A DNA stretch of 34,027 bases from a virus (IMGVR_UViG_2698536418_000026), one strand, 5' to 3'. Positions 1 to 8,703 are shown, counted from the first letter of the stretch. The notes: generated by a model not told the origin, from the sequence alone. Numbers and translations: made by a program.

Positions 1-1011
1 TTATAACGTCACTCCGCCTTTTAGTGGATTCAGAGCGACGGCGTTCTGCAGGTAGTCAGGCGCAAGGTGCGCATAGGTCATTGTCTGCTGAATGCTCGCA
101 TGCCCCAGAATCTGTTGCAGTGCAATTATGTTGCCCCCATTCATCATGAAATGGCTTGCGAATGTATGCCGCAGAATGTGGGTTGCCTGATTGGGAGGTA
201 TATCAGGTTTCACTCTGCGTAAAATCCCGCAAAACTTCTCATAATCTACCTTGAACAATTTGGCGCTGGCCTCCTCTTTAACTTTTTTCTCCAGTTCCTC
301 AGAAATCGGCACTGTTCGCTTTTTACCGTTTTTGGTTTTCAGGAAGGTAACCCTGCAACTTGTAATCTGTGCTGGTTTTAGCGTGGCAACTTCCGTCCAC
401 CTTCCTCCAGTGCTCAGACATAAAAGCGCGACAAGTAAGTCATCACCAGTCAAAACATTTAGCAGTTTTTCGATTTCTGCTTTTTCCAGGAACGTCATTT
501 CAGGGTTAGCCTCCGTCAGTGGCGGCAGTCCGTGAATTGGGTGTTGCCCGGAAAATTCATCCAATTGAATTAATTTTGTGAACATGCCGGATAATCGGTA
601 CATGTCGCGGTTTATCGTTGCAGCACTGATGCCATCACGTAGTCGCATGGAGCGATAATCCATCAAAGCCCTTTTGTTCATCCGACTCACTGGTATATCA
701 CCTATGCCGCTGATGGTTTTGAGCAGATGATTAAACTCTTTTGTCCCATGCTCGTGGTTTTGCCCGTGGTATTTCCACCAGATGTCGAGTAATTCTGTCA
801 AAGTTCGGCGGTCTGCTCGCTGGCCTCCCCATTCTTTCTGACTGGCATTGGCGATTGTGTATCGCTCAAATGCTAGTGCTTCAGCTTTTCTTTCAAATTT
901 CCTGCGGATGCGTTTTCCGTCGCGACCGCGAGGTCTAATGTCCACTTCATAGCGACCATCATCGAGCTTCTTAATTGCCATAAGAAAGCCCTCCGGCGCT
1001 GTATTCACCAT
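1..1011 (-). CDS. int: Tyrosine integrase (P2 Int-like)
   Basis: 336-aa ORF; C-terminal tyrosine-recombinase motifs (HILRHTFASH ... LGHASIQQTMTYAHL); sits next to the C repressor as in P2. True start may be the internal Met (MAIKKLDDGRYEV, about nt 981). Stop codon is at the window edge (nt 1-3). Confidence 0.9.
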   Translation of the reverse strand: MVNTAPEGFLMAIKKLDDGRYEVDIRPRGRDGKRIRRKFERKAEALAFERYTIANASQKEWGGQRADRRTLTELLDIWWKYHGQNHEHGTKEFNHLLKTISGIGDIPVSRMNKRALMDYRSMRLRDGISAATINRDMYRLSGMFTKLIQLDEFSGQHPIHGLPPLTEANPEMTFLEKAEIEKLLNVLTGDDLLVALLCLSTGGRWTEVATLKPAQITSCRVTFLKTKNGKKRTVPISEELEKKVKEEASAKLFKVDYEKFCGILRRVKPDIPPNQATHILRHTFASHFMMNGGNIIALQQILGHASIQQTMTYAHLAPDYLQNAVALNPLKGGVTL

Positions 1012-1050
1012 CTTGGTGGCAAATGGTGAAAATGTAATTTTTATATAGAG

Positions 1051-1344
1051 TTAGCCAATCCTTTTCGCGGAGTGGTTGGATTCTGTTGACTCTGGCCCAC
1101 TGTGCGCGAGAGCCGGTGCGATTTGTCCCGCTTCCGGCGCTGTTTTATCTGTCATGAGCCATAGTGTGTATTTTTGGAACTGAGGTGCATTGGTGACCTG
1201 CAACACAACTTGGATGCCAGGGTCTTGATGGCCTCCTTCGTAATTCTTTAGCGTTCCTAACGCTATGCCGCTGATTTCACTGAATTTTGCTTGAGTTAGC
1301 CCTTCCGATTGTCTTATTGCTCTTAATTTCTGTGCGATATTCAT
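1051..1344 (-). CDS. C: Immunity repressor C (P2 C-like)
   Basis: ORF track gives 1051..1527, but the conserved repressor begins at the internal Met (MNIAQKLRAIRQSEGLTQ ... QFQKYTLWLMT ... GQIAPALAH), about 97 aa. Matches remembered P2 C length and C-terminal sequence; HTH in N-terminal part. Confidence 0.75.
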   Translation of the reverse strand: MNIAQKLRAIRQSEGLTQAKFSEISGIALGTLKNYEGGHQDPGIQVVLQVTNAPQFQKYTLWLMTDKTAPEAGQIAPALAHSGPESTESNHSAKRIG

Positions 1345-1376
1345 TTGACATAGTCCTGACTTAATGACTATATTCC
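1345..1376 (+). promoter_or_regulatory. Candidate early promoter Pe (TTGACA - 17/18 nt - TATATT) for the cox operon, directly abutting the C start codon
   Basis: Read directly: -35 TTGACA at 1345-1350, -10-like TATATT at 1369-1374; position fits the face-to-face Pe/Pc switch of P2-like phages. Confidence 0.4.
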
Positions 1377-1479
1377 CCGAAAAGGTCATTAATCCAGAAC
1401 CTTTTCGGGCGTGAGTCCAGCGCCGCTTAAACGGTTCCAAGCGGTTTTTAAGGGGCTGGATCCTATGAGGGTAACATAG

Positions 1480-1752
1480 ATGGAAGTTAATGATTATGTG
1501 ATTAAGTACCCGCTTGATGCGGTACATGCGGAAAAGTTTGCAGATTTATTGGGTAAACCAAAAACCGCAGTTACAGAAATGATAAAGGCTAACAAGCTAC
1601 CGGTTATCGAGCTTCGAGATCCAAATAAGCCGAAGGCCCGCGCCGGTGAGAAATGGGTTTTCATTCCAGAGTTTAATCGCGCTGTACGTGAGGCGTTTTA
1701 TAACCGACCGGTTGAACAGCGTGATGCATGGCTTTTGTGGATGGGGTTGTGA
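1480..1752 (+). CDS. cox: Cox (excision directionality factor / Pc repressor)
   Basis: 90-aa ORF transcribed away from C; length matches P2 Cox (91 aa); C-terminal WLLWMGL-type ending typical of P2 Cox from memory. Confidence 0.75.
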   Translation: MEVNDYVIKYPLDAVHAEKFADLLGKPKTAVTEMIKANKLPVIELRDPNKPKARAGEKWVFIPEFNRAVREAFYNRPVEQRDAWLLWMGL

Positions 1753-1754
1753 TT

Positions 1755-1925
1755 ATGAATGAACCGCGTTGTATTGCTCAGTTACTGCGTAACGAAAGCC
1801 CCAGGGCGATTGACTTCACCATCACCCACGGGAAGGGACGCAAGGGAATCATTATCCGCACCAAAAAACAGAGTCCGTTAAAAAAGGCTCTGACCTTTCT
1901 GAAAAGCCGGAGGGTATGGAAATGA
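1755..1925 (+). CDS. Small early protein (P2 orf78 position)
   Basis: ORF beginning at ATG 1755 (MNEPRC...), overlapping the cox stop; position only, no recognisable motif. Confidence 0.35.
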   Translation: MNEPRCIAQLLRNESPRAIDFTITHGKGRKGIIIRTKKQSPLKKALTFLKSRRVWK

Positions 1926-2422
1926 CAGTGATGACGCTCAATCTCGTTGAAAAACAGCCAGCAGCTATGCGCCGGATAATTGGTAAGCATCTGGCCGTCC
2001 CTCGCTGGCAGGATACATGTGATTATTATAATCAGATGATGGAGCGCGAACGGCTAACAGTTTGCTTTCATGCGCAGTTAAAACAACGTCACGCAACGAT
2101 GCGTTTTGAAGAAATGAACGACGTCGAACGTGAACGGCTGGTTTGTGCAATTGATGAATTGCGTGGGGCATTCTCAAAACGCCGTCAGGTTGGCGCAAGT
2201 GAGTATGCATATATTAGTTTTTTAACAGTCAGTCAGCGTCGTACTTTATTTATGCATGCCGGATTGACTGAAAAAGAATTCAACCAGCCATACTGGCGAA
2301 TTAATGAAGAGTCATGTTACTGGCGTGATGCTTTATTCCGTGCATTACGTGAATTATTCAGTCTGTTTGAGTATGCACCGACAATTCTGACGTCGGTAAA
2401 ACCAGAGCAATATCTGCATTAA
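1916..2422 (+). CDS. B: Replication protein B (helicase-loader-like, P2 B position)
   Basis: 168-aa ORF at the P2 gene B position (P2 B about 166 aa from memory); start overlaps the preceding ORF. Confidence 0.6.
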   Translation: MEMTVMTLNLVEKQPAAMRRIIGKHLAVPRWQDTCDYYNQMMERERLTVCFHAQLKQRHATMRFEEMNDVERERLVCAIDELRGAFSKRRQVGASEYAYISFLTVSQRRTLFMHAGLTEKEFNQPYWRINEESCYWRDALFRALRELFSLFEYAPTILTSVKPEQYLH

Positions 2423-2443
2423 GTAATTAACCAGAGTTTTTAA

Positions 2444-2471
2444 CGCACTTAATCGTGCGGGGCTTCTTTTT
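2444..2471 (+). terminator. Hairpin plus T-run after B (candidate attenuator/terminator)
   Basis: CGCAC-ttaatc-GTGCG stem-loop followed by GGGCTTCTTTTT, read directly. Confidence 0.3.
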
Positions 2472-2485
2472 GCCTGGAGAAAGTC

Positions 2486-2710
2486 ATGCATACAGTTTCT
2501 GAAAATCAGTGCGGTAAATACGCATTACTGCTGCAACAGGCCAGAACCGAAGCACAGGCCGACGCTGCGACGCGCTTTTCTTCTCATCTTGACGCCATGA
2601 TTCGCCACATAACAAAGGCGGAGTTATCCCGCGTGGAGATAGTCGAGCTGCTCAGTCAGGAGTCGGAAAAATTTCACAATATCGGATTGTCTCGCGGGGA
2701 GGTGCTTTGA
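2486..2710 (+). CDS. Early-operon small protein (P2 orf80 position)
   Basis: 74-aa ORF; position between B and A as in P2. Confidence 0.5.
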   Translation: MHTVSENQCGKYALLLQQARTEAQADAATRFSSHLDAMIRHITKAELSRVEIVELLSQESEKFHNIGLSRGEVL

Positions 2711-3009
2711 TGTCCTGTTCTCATTCAGTTGTATTACTGAATAACGCCTTAAAAATCGCCGTTATGGAAAATGGTGATTTGTCTCTTATTCAACTTTGTC
2801 TTGATAAAGAAAAACGCGACATAACTGAATCTGTTATCGCGATTTATCAGAATGAATTAAACCTCCTGTCTGATGTGGTCAATTTACTTGTTAAACGCGC
2901 TGTATTCCACAAGCAAATTTCCTCCGTGGATGAACTGACAAAATTAACGACAGAACTTGCCAGTTATTGCGCTGATGTATCCAGGAAACTTAACGATAAA
3001 AGGAGCTGA
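2707..3009 (+). CDS. Early-operon small protein (P2 orf81 position)
   Basis: 100-aa ORF with 4-nt overlap to the upstream ORF (translational coupling). Confidence 0.5.
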   Translation: MMSCSHSVVLLNNALKIAVMENGDLSLIQLCLDKEKRDITESVIAIYQNELNLLSDVVNLLVKRAVFHKQISSVDELTKLTTELASYCADVSRKLNDKRS

Positions 3010-3011
3010 TA

Positions 3012-3236
3012 ATGCCGGACAACGTAGATTTTATTCAGGAACAACAGACTGAATTACTGGAGCGCCAGATTAACGCGGCAAGGGTAAAACATTGCGGTGC
3101 TTCTGCGCTGGTTTGCGAAGAGTGTGACGCGCCAATACCTGCTGCCCGTCGTGCGGCTTATCCGTCAGCCACGCGTTGTGTTTCCTGTCAGTCAGTCTTT
3201 GAAGCAAAAAACAAACATTACCGGAGAACGGCATGA
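3012..3236 (+). CDS. DksA/TraR-family C4 zinc-finger protein (P2 orf82 position)
   Basis: 74 aa with CxxC ... CxxC (CEECDAPIP ... RCVSCQ), typical of TraR/DksA-like phage proteins. Confidence 0.7.
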   Translation: MPDNVDFIQEQQTELLERQINAARVKHCGASALVCEECDAPIPAARRAAYPSATRCVSCQSVFEAKNKHYRRTA

Positions 3237-3508
3237 GTATTCGTATTGAAATTGGCGAACGTTATGTCGTTACCAGTGACAGCTTTCAGTTTATTCTCCA
3301 CGAGAAAAAGAGAGCGGAAAGCGGTAAAAACGCCGGTCAGGAATGGCTGTCGGTGGTTGGTTATTACCCGAAATTAAGCCAGCTCGTTTCCGGCCTGATG
3401 CATCACGATATTCTGACCGGAAGCGCAAAGTCTTTTGCTGATTTAAACGTGCAGGTTGAGCAACTCAGCAAGCGTTGTTCAGAGGCTTTTGGCTCATATG
3501 GCCGTTAA
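3233..3508 (+). CDS. Early-operon small protein (P2 orf83 position)
   Basis: 91-aa ORF overlapping the start of A. Confidence 0.5.
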   Translation: MSIRIEIGERYVVTSDSFQFILHEKKRAESGKNAGQEWLSVVGYYPKLSQLVSGLMHHDILTGSAKSFADLNVQVEQLSKRCSEAFGSYGR

Positions 3509-5777
3509 AGCCTCCGGGCGTTTTGTCCCTCCGTCAGCATTTGCCGCAGGCACCGGTAAGGCGTTTACCGGTGCTTATGCATGGAACGCGCCACGCGAGG
3601 CTGTCGGGCGCGAAAGACCCCTTACACGTGACGAGATGCGTCAGGTGCAAGGTGTTTTATCCACGATTAACCGCCTGCCTTACTTTTTGCGCTCGCTGTT
3701 TACTTCACGCTATGACTACATCCGGCGCAATAAAAGCCCGGTGCACGGGTTTTATTTTCTCACATCCACTTTTCAGCGTCGTTTATGGCCGCGCATTGAG
3801 CGTGTGAATCAGCGCCATGAAATGAACACCGACGCGTCGTTGCTGTTTCTGGCAGAGCGTGACCATTATGCGCGTCTGCCGGGGATGAATGACAAGGAGC
3901 TGAAAAAGTTTGCCGCCCGTATCTCATCGCAGCTTTTCATGATGTATGAGGAACTCTGCGATGCCTGGGTGGATGCGCATGGCGAAAAAGAATCGCTGTT
4001 TACGGATGAGGCGCAGGCTCACCTCTATGGTCATGTTGCTGGTGCTGCACGTGCTTTCAATATTTCCCCTCTCTACTGGAAAAAATACCGTAAAGGGCAG
4101 ATGACCACGAGGCAGGCATATTCTGCCGTTGCCCGTCTGTTTAACGATGAGTGGTGGACCCATCAGCTTAAAGGCCAGCGTATGCGCTGGCATGAGGCGT
4201 TACTGATTGCTGTCGGGGAGGTCAATAAAGACCGTTCTCCTTATGCCAGTAAACATGCCATTCGTGATGTGCGTGCACGCCGCCAGGCAAATCTGGAATT
4301 TCTTAAATCGTGTGATCTCGAAAACAGGGAAACCGGCGAGCGCATCGACCTTATCAGTAAGGTGATGGGCAGTATTTCTAATCCTGAAATTCGCCGGATG
4401 GAGCTGATGAACACCATTGCCGGTATTGAGCGTTACGCCGCAGCAGAGGGTGATGTGGGGATGTTTATCACGCTGACCGCGCCGTCAAAGTATCACCCGA
4501 CACGTCAGGTCAGAAAAGGCGAAAGTAAAACCGTCCAGCTAAATCACGGCTGGAACGATGAGGCATTTAATCCAAAGGATGCGCAGCGTTATCTCTGCCG
4601 TATCTGGAGCCTGATGCGCACGGCATTCAAGGATAATGATTTACAGGTCTACGGTTTGCGTGTCGTCGAGCCACACCACGACGGAACGCCGCACTGGCAT
4701 ATGATGCTTTTTTGTAATCCGCGCCAGCGTAACCAGATTATCGAAATCATGCGTCGCTATGCGCTCAAAGAGGATGGCGACGAAAGAGGAGCCGCGCGAA
4801 ACCGTTTTCAGGCAAAACACCTTAACCGGGGCGGTGCTGCGGGGTATATCGCGAAATACATCTCAAAAAACATCGACGGCTATGCACTGGATGGTCAGCT
4901 CGATAACGATACCGGCAGGCCGCTGAAAGACACTGCTGCGGCTGTTACCGCATGGGCGTCAACGTGGCGCATCCCGCAATTTAAAACGGTTGGTCTGCCG
5001 ACAATGGGGGCTTACCGTGAACTACGCAAATTGCCGCGCGGCGTCAGCATTGCTGATGAGTTTGACGAGCGCGTCGAGGCTGCACGCGCCGCCGCAGACA
5101 GTGGTGATTTTGCGTTGTATATCAGCGCGCAGGGTGGGGCAAATGTCCCGCGCGATTGTCAGACTGTCAGGGTCGCCCGTAGCCCGTCGGATGACGTTAA
5201 CGAGTACGAGGAAGAGGTCGAGAGGGTGGTCGGCATTTACGCGCCGCATCTCGGCGCGCGTCATATTCATATCACCAGAACGACGGACTGGCGCATTGTG
5301 CCGAAAGTTCCGGTCGTTGAGCCTTTGACTTTAAAAAGCGGCATCGCCGCGCCTCGGAGTCCTGTCAATAACTGTGGAAAGCTCACCGGTGGTGATACTT
5401 CGTTACCGGCTCCCACACCTTCTGAGCATGCCGCAGCAGTGCTTAATCTGGTTGATGACGGTGTTATCGAATGGAATGACCCGGAGGTGGTGAGGGCGCT
5501 CAGGGGTGCATTAAAACACGGTCGGAGAACGCCAAGTCGTCAGCAAAGAAACGGAAGCCCGTTAAAACCACATGAAATTGCACCATCGGCCAGACTGACC
5601 AGGTCGGAACGAATGCAAATCACCCGTATCCGCGTTGACCTTGCTCAAAACGGTATCAGGCCGCAGCGATGGGAGCTTGAGGCGTTAGTACGCGGTGCGA
5701 TCGTCAATTACAATGAAAAGCAATTTTCATATCCTGGTGTAGATGAGTGGAGTGGGTTTTCTGGTTATTCAGAGTAA
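3456..5777 (+). CDS. A: Replication initiation endonuclease A (rolling-circle Rep, P2 gpA-like)
   Basis: 773-aa ORF (P2 A about 761 aa); rolling-circle Rep tyrosine motif region GYIAKYISKNIDGY and HxH-like metal motif PHWHMMLF. True start may be an internal Met (about nt 3498). Confidence 0.9.
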   Translation: MSNSASVVQRLLAHMAVKASGRFVPPSAFAAGTGKAFTGAYAWNAPREAVGRERPLTRDEMRQVQGVLSTINRLPYFLRSLFTSRYDYIRRNKSPVHGFYFLTSTFQRRLWPRIERVNQRHEMNTDASLLFLAERDHYARLPGMNDKELKKFAARISSQLFMMYEELCDAWVDAHGEKESLFTDEAQAHLYGHVAGAARAFNISPLYWKKYRKGQMTTRQAYSAVARLFNDEWWTHQLKGQRMRWHEALLIAVGEVNKDRSPYASKHAIRDVRARRQANLEFLKSCDLENRETGERIDLISKVMGSISNPEIRRMELMNTIAGIERYAAAEGDVGMFITLTAPSKYHPTRQVRKGESKTVQLNHGWNDEAFNPKDAQRYLCRIWSLMRTAFKDNDLQVYGLRVVEPHHDGTPHWHMMLFCNPRQRNQIIEIMRRYALKEDGDERGAARNRFQAKHLNRGGAAGYIAKYISKNIDGYALDGQLDNDTGRPLKDTAAAVTAWASTWRIPQFKTVGLPTMGAYRELRKLPRGVSIADEFDERVEAARAAADSGDFALYISAQGGANVPRDCQTVRVARSPSDDVNEYEEEVERVVGIYAPHLGARHIHITRTTDWRIVPKVPVVEPLTLKSGIAAPRSPVNNCGKLTGGDTSLPAPTPSEHAAAVLNLVDDGVIEWNDPEVVRALRGALKHGRRTPSRQQRNGSPLKPHEIAPSARLTRSERMQITRIRVDLAQNGIRPQRWELEALVRGAIVNYNEKQFSYPGVDEWSGFSGYSE

Positions 5778-5985
5778 TAAATATAATGTTTTAGATTGGT
5801 TGCATAATGGTAAGGTTGCTGTTTATCTGTATATGTTAATATGATTACGCTACGTACAAATAATCGACATTTCTTTTTTTTCTATATATTAATATTGATG
5901 ATTTTACTGGTGGTACAATAAGTCTATGTTGAAATTCGAGAATTGTATTATTAACAATAAAAACTGGTTCTTTTTATCATACAAG

Positions 5986-6019
5986 GACCACCTCCTTAGG
6001 AGGTGGTCTTTTACTGTTT
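5986..6019. terminator. Strong hairpin (GACCACCTCC-tta-GGAGGTGGTC) followed by TTTTACTGTTT, between convergent genes A and the cargo helicase
   Basis: 10-bp perfect stem with 3-nt loop and T-run on the plus strand; immediately abuts the stop of the minus-strand cargo gene, so may act bidirectionally. Confidence 0.45.
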
Positions 6020-8501
6020 AACGAGGATTTCGCGTATAGGTTTCAACTATGTCTGATGCACGTAATTTACATGTAATCAATTGTTCTCTTATAAATATCT
6101 CATCGTGTCGTTTATCACTTGTACAAATGGCCGTGATAAAACTGAGGATAGATGCTTTAAAACGTTCAAGATCATTTATGGTCATTATTCGAGACCCTTC
6201 GTTTAGTGTTGCGGCATATTCAGGCATGTTAGAGTGATGTATCATTATAGGTGTGGCGGTAGCAGTTTGATCATACATGTTTCTGAACCATGCACCCGAC
6301 CCATTTAACTGATTGCAGTCATGCTTACTTATTCTTTCTGCGGTTGCTCCATTTTTGCATTCAATTACTAGATAATTGTTTTCTCCCATTGCCCATAAAT
6401 TGTCAGGTCCTTTACCTGTATCATTTTCTGGCCGTTGGCTACGAAAACCGACCAAATATGCAACTTTTTCGATAGCATCTTCGAAGGGATTCGATGTGCC
6501 CTCGGAGAAAATAAGGTTTTCTATTATTGAATTAGTATGCACAACGACTTGATTCGCCGATTCAAAATTACTTCTGAGATAGGAGCTACATTCCCTAGCC
6601 TGTTCAAGTGCCGCACCATTAAGTCTATTATATGTTACGCCGATTAGTGGTTTTAATACCCGATAGTTATCGTTTGATGCAGACTGAAGCAATATCTGAG
6701 CTTCAGATTTGTCATATAAGTTTACATATTCCGCAGCATGTTCTTTTAGATAACCCTTATAAACTTTGTCAGCTGTGCTACTATCATTTTTTAGAGTTAA
6801 AGCGGCTTGTTGAAACATATTTCGTGATGCTAAGTCATATGCCAATCTTTTGTTTATAGTATGCTGGTCAATCTGCTTATTTTCCAATGTTAAGCCAGTC
6901 AATATACCTTTGCTTTTTGAGACCCAGTCAGAATTGCGTAACAGACAATAATCAAGAGCACCTTTGATTGAATCAATAGTTGTATCCGGCAGTATCGATA
7001 CCAATTGCTGTGAAAGTTGAATTTGTGCTTTCGTTGCTGGAGAAAACCTTTCTAAGGAGGAGCCAAGGAAAACAGCGCCATTTAATGCTTTGCCAAGTAA
7101 GATCACTCCGCAGAAGTCGTCGCTTGATCTCACTCCTCGCCCCATTCCTTGTTCAATTTTCTGGATAATTTCATCTTTGGTTTTTTCGCTTCCAAGCAAT
7201 AAGCTTTGTGAGACTTTATCTATTAGTCTACGAACGTCAGGAAGTCCATCTATTACTAATAGACGACATGCGGTATTTGGTAAATCAATACCATCATATC
7301 TATTAACTAGGACTACTAAGCCAACATGTTGTGTCCTTAATTCTTGTACACCTTGATAAATTGTATTTTTATCTAATATTCTGTCTGCAACATCTTGCCA
7401 AAATCTAGTTCTGTAATCGGATGGTACAATTACAACAACATTATGTTTGGAGGATATCTCCTTGCACATAGCTTTGATATCTACATCAGAAAGACTAGGG
7501 TTTATAACCTGAGGCATTAGTATCATTCTATCACCAATATCACCAATTGTTTTTGGTGTTATCGGATTAGAGAGTGATTCATCCGTTATTCCGAAGTGGC
7601 TCGCTAGAATGGATTCATCGACAAGAGTAGCTGTCATGAATATTTTTCTTCTTGCGTTTGATAGGCTTGGGATCATTTGGATTGGTATGCAATGAGGTGA
7701 TATCTCTATTTTGGAAGCACTTACAACGCATTTCGATAATATTAGATTGTCTTTTATTAATGGCCATTTGAAACTCAAGTCATCATGGTCTTTATTTTCT
7801 AACAAGATTGTCATTATATCATTTATGCTTTCTTGCCATTTCCAAAATGGAACTCTCACATAAGCATTTCTATCGCCGGATTTTATCTCTAGTGTTTTTG
7901 CACCAGCTTGTGTCATTAGTGAATTTTCAAAAATTCTGAATAATTTATCATAGGCAGGGTTATTTTTTTGAATGCTAATGGAGAATTGTTCTTCAATTGA
8001 AGAAAGGCAAGCGTGAGCATCGTCAATTATTATAGAGCCTATTGGTATTTTTTGTCCATCATCTCCAACGCCAAATGCAGAACGTCCATTAACCACTTTG
8101 AATATATTTGTAACTAAAATTTCTTTACCTGCAATAAATTTGGGGGACCTCTCATCCTGAGTTACAGGTATACCAAGTTGATTAGCCTCCAAAACCACTT
8201 GCTCAACTAGATAGTTGTCAGGAACAACATATACAGCGGGACCTTCTCCTTCATTTATACAGCTTTTAAGAATGATTAACCCAACTGAAGTTTTACCGCT
8301 TCCGGTATTCATTTTTATTACATTGGTTGGGCTTCTCCTTGCTTCATACCATTTTTCCCAGACCTCTGATTGCACATCTCGAGGGTATTGAAATTTGGTG
8401 TCTTTGCTCGGTAGAGCTGTAAATATATCTCGCGGTGGAATCGCTGTGTCGCTATTTACACTGGGCGAAAGCTTGGTTAAATCAAGGAAAAAACCAGACA
8501 T
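6018..8501 (-). CDS. SF2 (DEAD/DEAH-like) helicase fused to C-terminal PD-(D/E)xK nuclease; candidate single-gene anti-phage defence protein in the P2 tin/old hotspot
   Basis: 827-aa ORF with good RBS (AGAGGA). Helicase motifs read from the translation: I NTGSGKTS (res 64-72), Ia VVPDNYLVEQ, II IIIDDAH (158-163), III MTATL (289-293), V YDGIDLP (402-408), VI QGMGRGVR (451-458). C-terminal PD...ExK: GKGPD(700)NLWAMGENNYLVIE(714)CK(716). Markedly AT-rich compared with the flanking phage genes. Confidence 0.85.
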   Translation of the reverse strand: MSGFFLDLTKLSPSVNSDTAIPPRDIFTALPSKDTKFQYPRDVQSEVWEKWYEARRSPTNVIKMNTGSGKTSVGLIILKSCINEGEGPAVYVVPDNYLVEQVVLEANQLGIPVTQDERSPKFIAGKEILVTNIFKVVNGRSAFGVGDDGQKIPIGSIIIDDAHACLSSIEEQFSISIQKNNPAYDKLFRIFENSLMTQAGAKTLEIKSGDRNAYVRVPFWKWQESINDIMTILLENKDHDDLSFKWPLIKDNLILSKCVVSASKIEISPHCIPIQMIPSLSNARRKIFMTATLVDESILASHFGITDESLSNPITPKTIGDIGDRMILMPQVINPSLSDVDIKAMCKEISSKHNVVVIVPSDYRTRFWQDVADRILDKNTIYQGVQELRTQHVGLVVLVNRYDGIDLPNTACRLLVIDGLPDVRRLIDKVSQSLLLGSEKTKDEIIQKIEQGMGRGVRSSDDFCGVILLGKALNGAVFLGSSLERFSPATKAQIQLSQQLVSILPDTTIDSIKGALDYCLLRNSDWVSKSKGILTGLTLENKQIDQHTINKRLAYDLASRNMFQQAALTLKNDSSTADKVYKGYLKEHAAEYVNLYDKSEAQILLQSASNDNYRVLKPLIGVTYNRLNGAALEQARECSSYLRSNFESANQVVVHTNSIIENLIFSEGTSNPFEDAIEKVAYLVGFRSQRPENDTGKGPDNLWAMGENNYLVIECKNGATAERISKHDCNQLNGSGAWFRNMYDQTATATPIMIHHSNMPEYAATLNEGSRIMTINDLERFKASILSFITAICTSDKRHDEIFIREQLITCKLRASDIVETYTRNPR

Positions 8502-8562
8502 TTTTTATCCTCTTACAGGTACATTAGTTTAATTGTTAACGCAGAATTATCATTACCATAAC

Positions 8563-8662
8563 TTGCATTAAGTTGCATTACATTGCATTCATAAACGTTA
8601 GCTAGGGGCGAAGTCTGAGGTTTGATGGGCTATGGTGTCCCCTTTAATACGAGGTTGCATTA
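8563..8662. promoter_or_regulatory. Phased TTGCATT(A) repeats upstream of the cargo gene start (candidate operator/promoter element)
   Basis: TTGCATTA at 8563-8570 and 8573-8580, TTGCATTC at 8583-8590 (exact 10-bp spacing) and TTGCATTA at 8655-8662; read directly. Confidence 0.3.
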
Positions 8663-8684
8663 AAACCGCCCCATGAAGCGGGCG

Positions 8685-8703
8685 GGCGAGGCGGGGAAAG
8701 CAC
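8685..8703. other. cos: cos site (19-nt P2-type cohesive end GGCGAGGCGGGGAAAGCAC)
   Basis: Exact match to the P2 cohesive-end sequence as I remember it, at the expected position between the old-locus cargo and Q. Confidence 0.55.

Noticed and set aside
251-938. Plus-strand ORFs 251..535 and 741..938 inside the integrase
   Set aside because: Antisense to the integrase, Ser/Phe-rich low-complexity translation, no support.
1051-1527. 158-aa ORF given by the ORF track for the repressor
   Set aside because: The N-terminal 60 residues run through the Pe/Pc promoter region and the start of cox on the other strand; the conserved C-like protein begins at the internal Met (nt 1344), so I annotated 1051..1344.
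3475-5328. ORFs 3475..3807, 3924..4193, 4990..5328 and 5022..5270 overlapping gene A
   Set aside because: Alternative-frame or antisense ORFs inside the conserved replication initiator gene.
6049-7356. Small plus-strand ORFs (61-88 aa) inside the cargo gene region (6049..6237, 6290..6475, 6632..6859, 6980..7168, 7090..7356)
   Set aside because: All are antisense to the continuous 827-aa ORF, low-complexity, and lack RBSs; AT-rich DNA read in the wrong frame.
6018-8501. Possibility that the cargo gene is simply P2 old
   Set aside because: P2 Old is about 586 aa with an ABC-type ATPase and a TOPRIM nuclease. This protein is 827 aa with SF2 helicase motifs II, III, V and VI and a PD-(D/E)xK motif, so the architecture is different.
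8563-8662. TTGCATT repeats as a possible CRISPR array or iterons of a plasmid origin
   Set aside because: The repeats are only 7-8 bp with 2-bp spacers, far too short for CRISPR repeat/spacer units; no cas genes; more consistent with a protein-binding operator.
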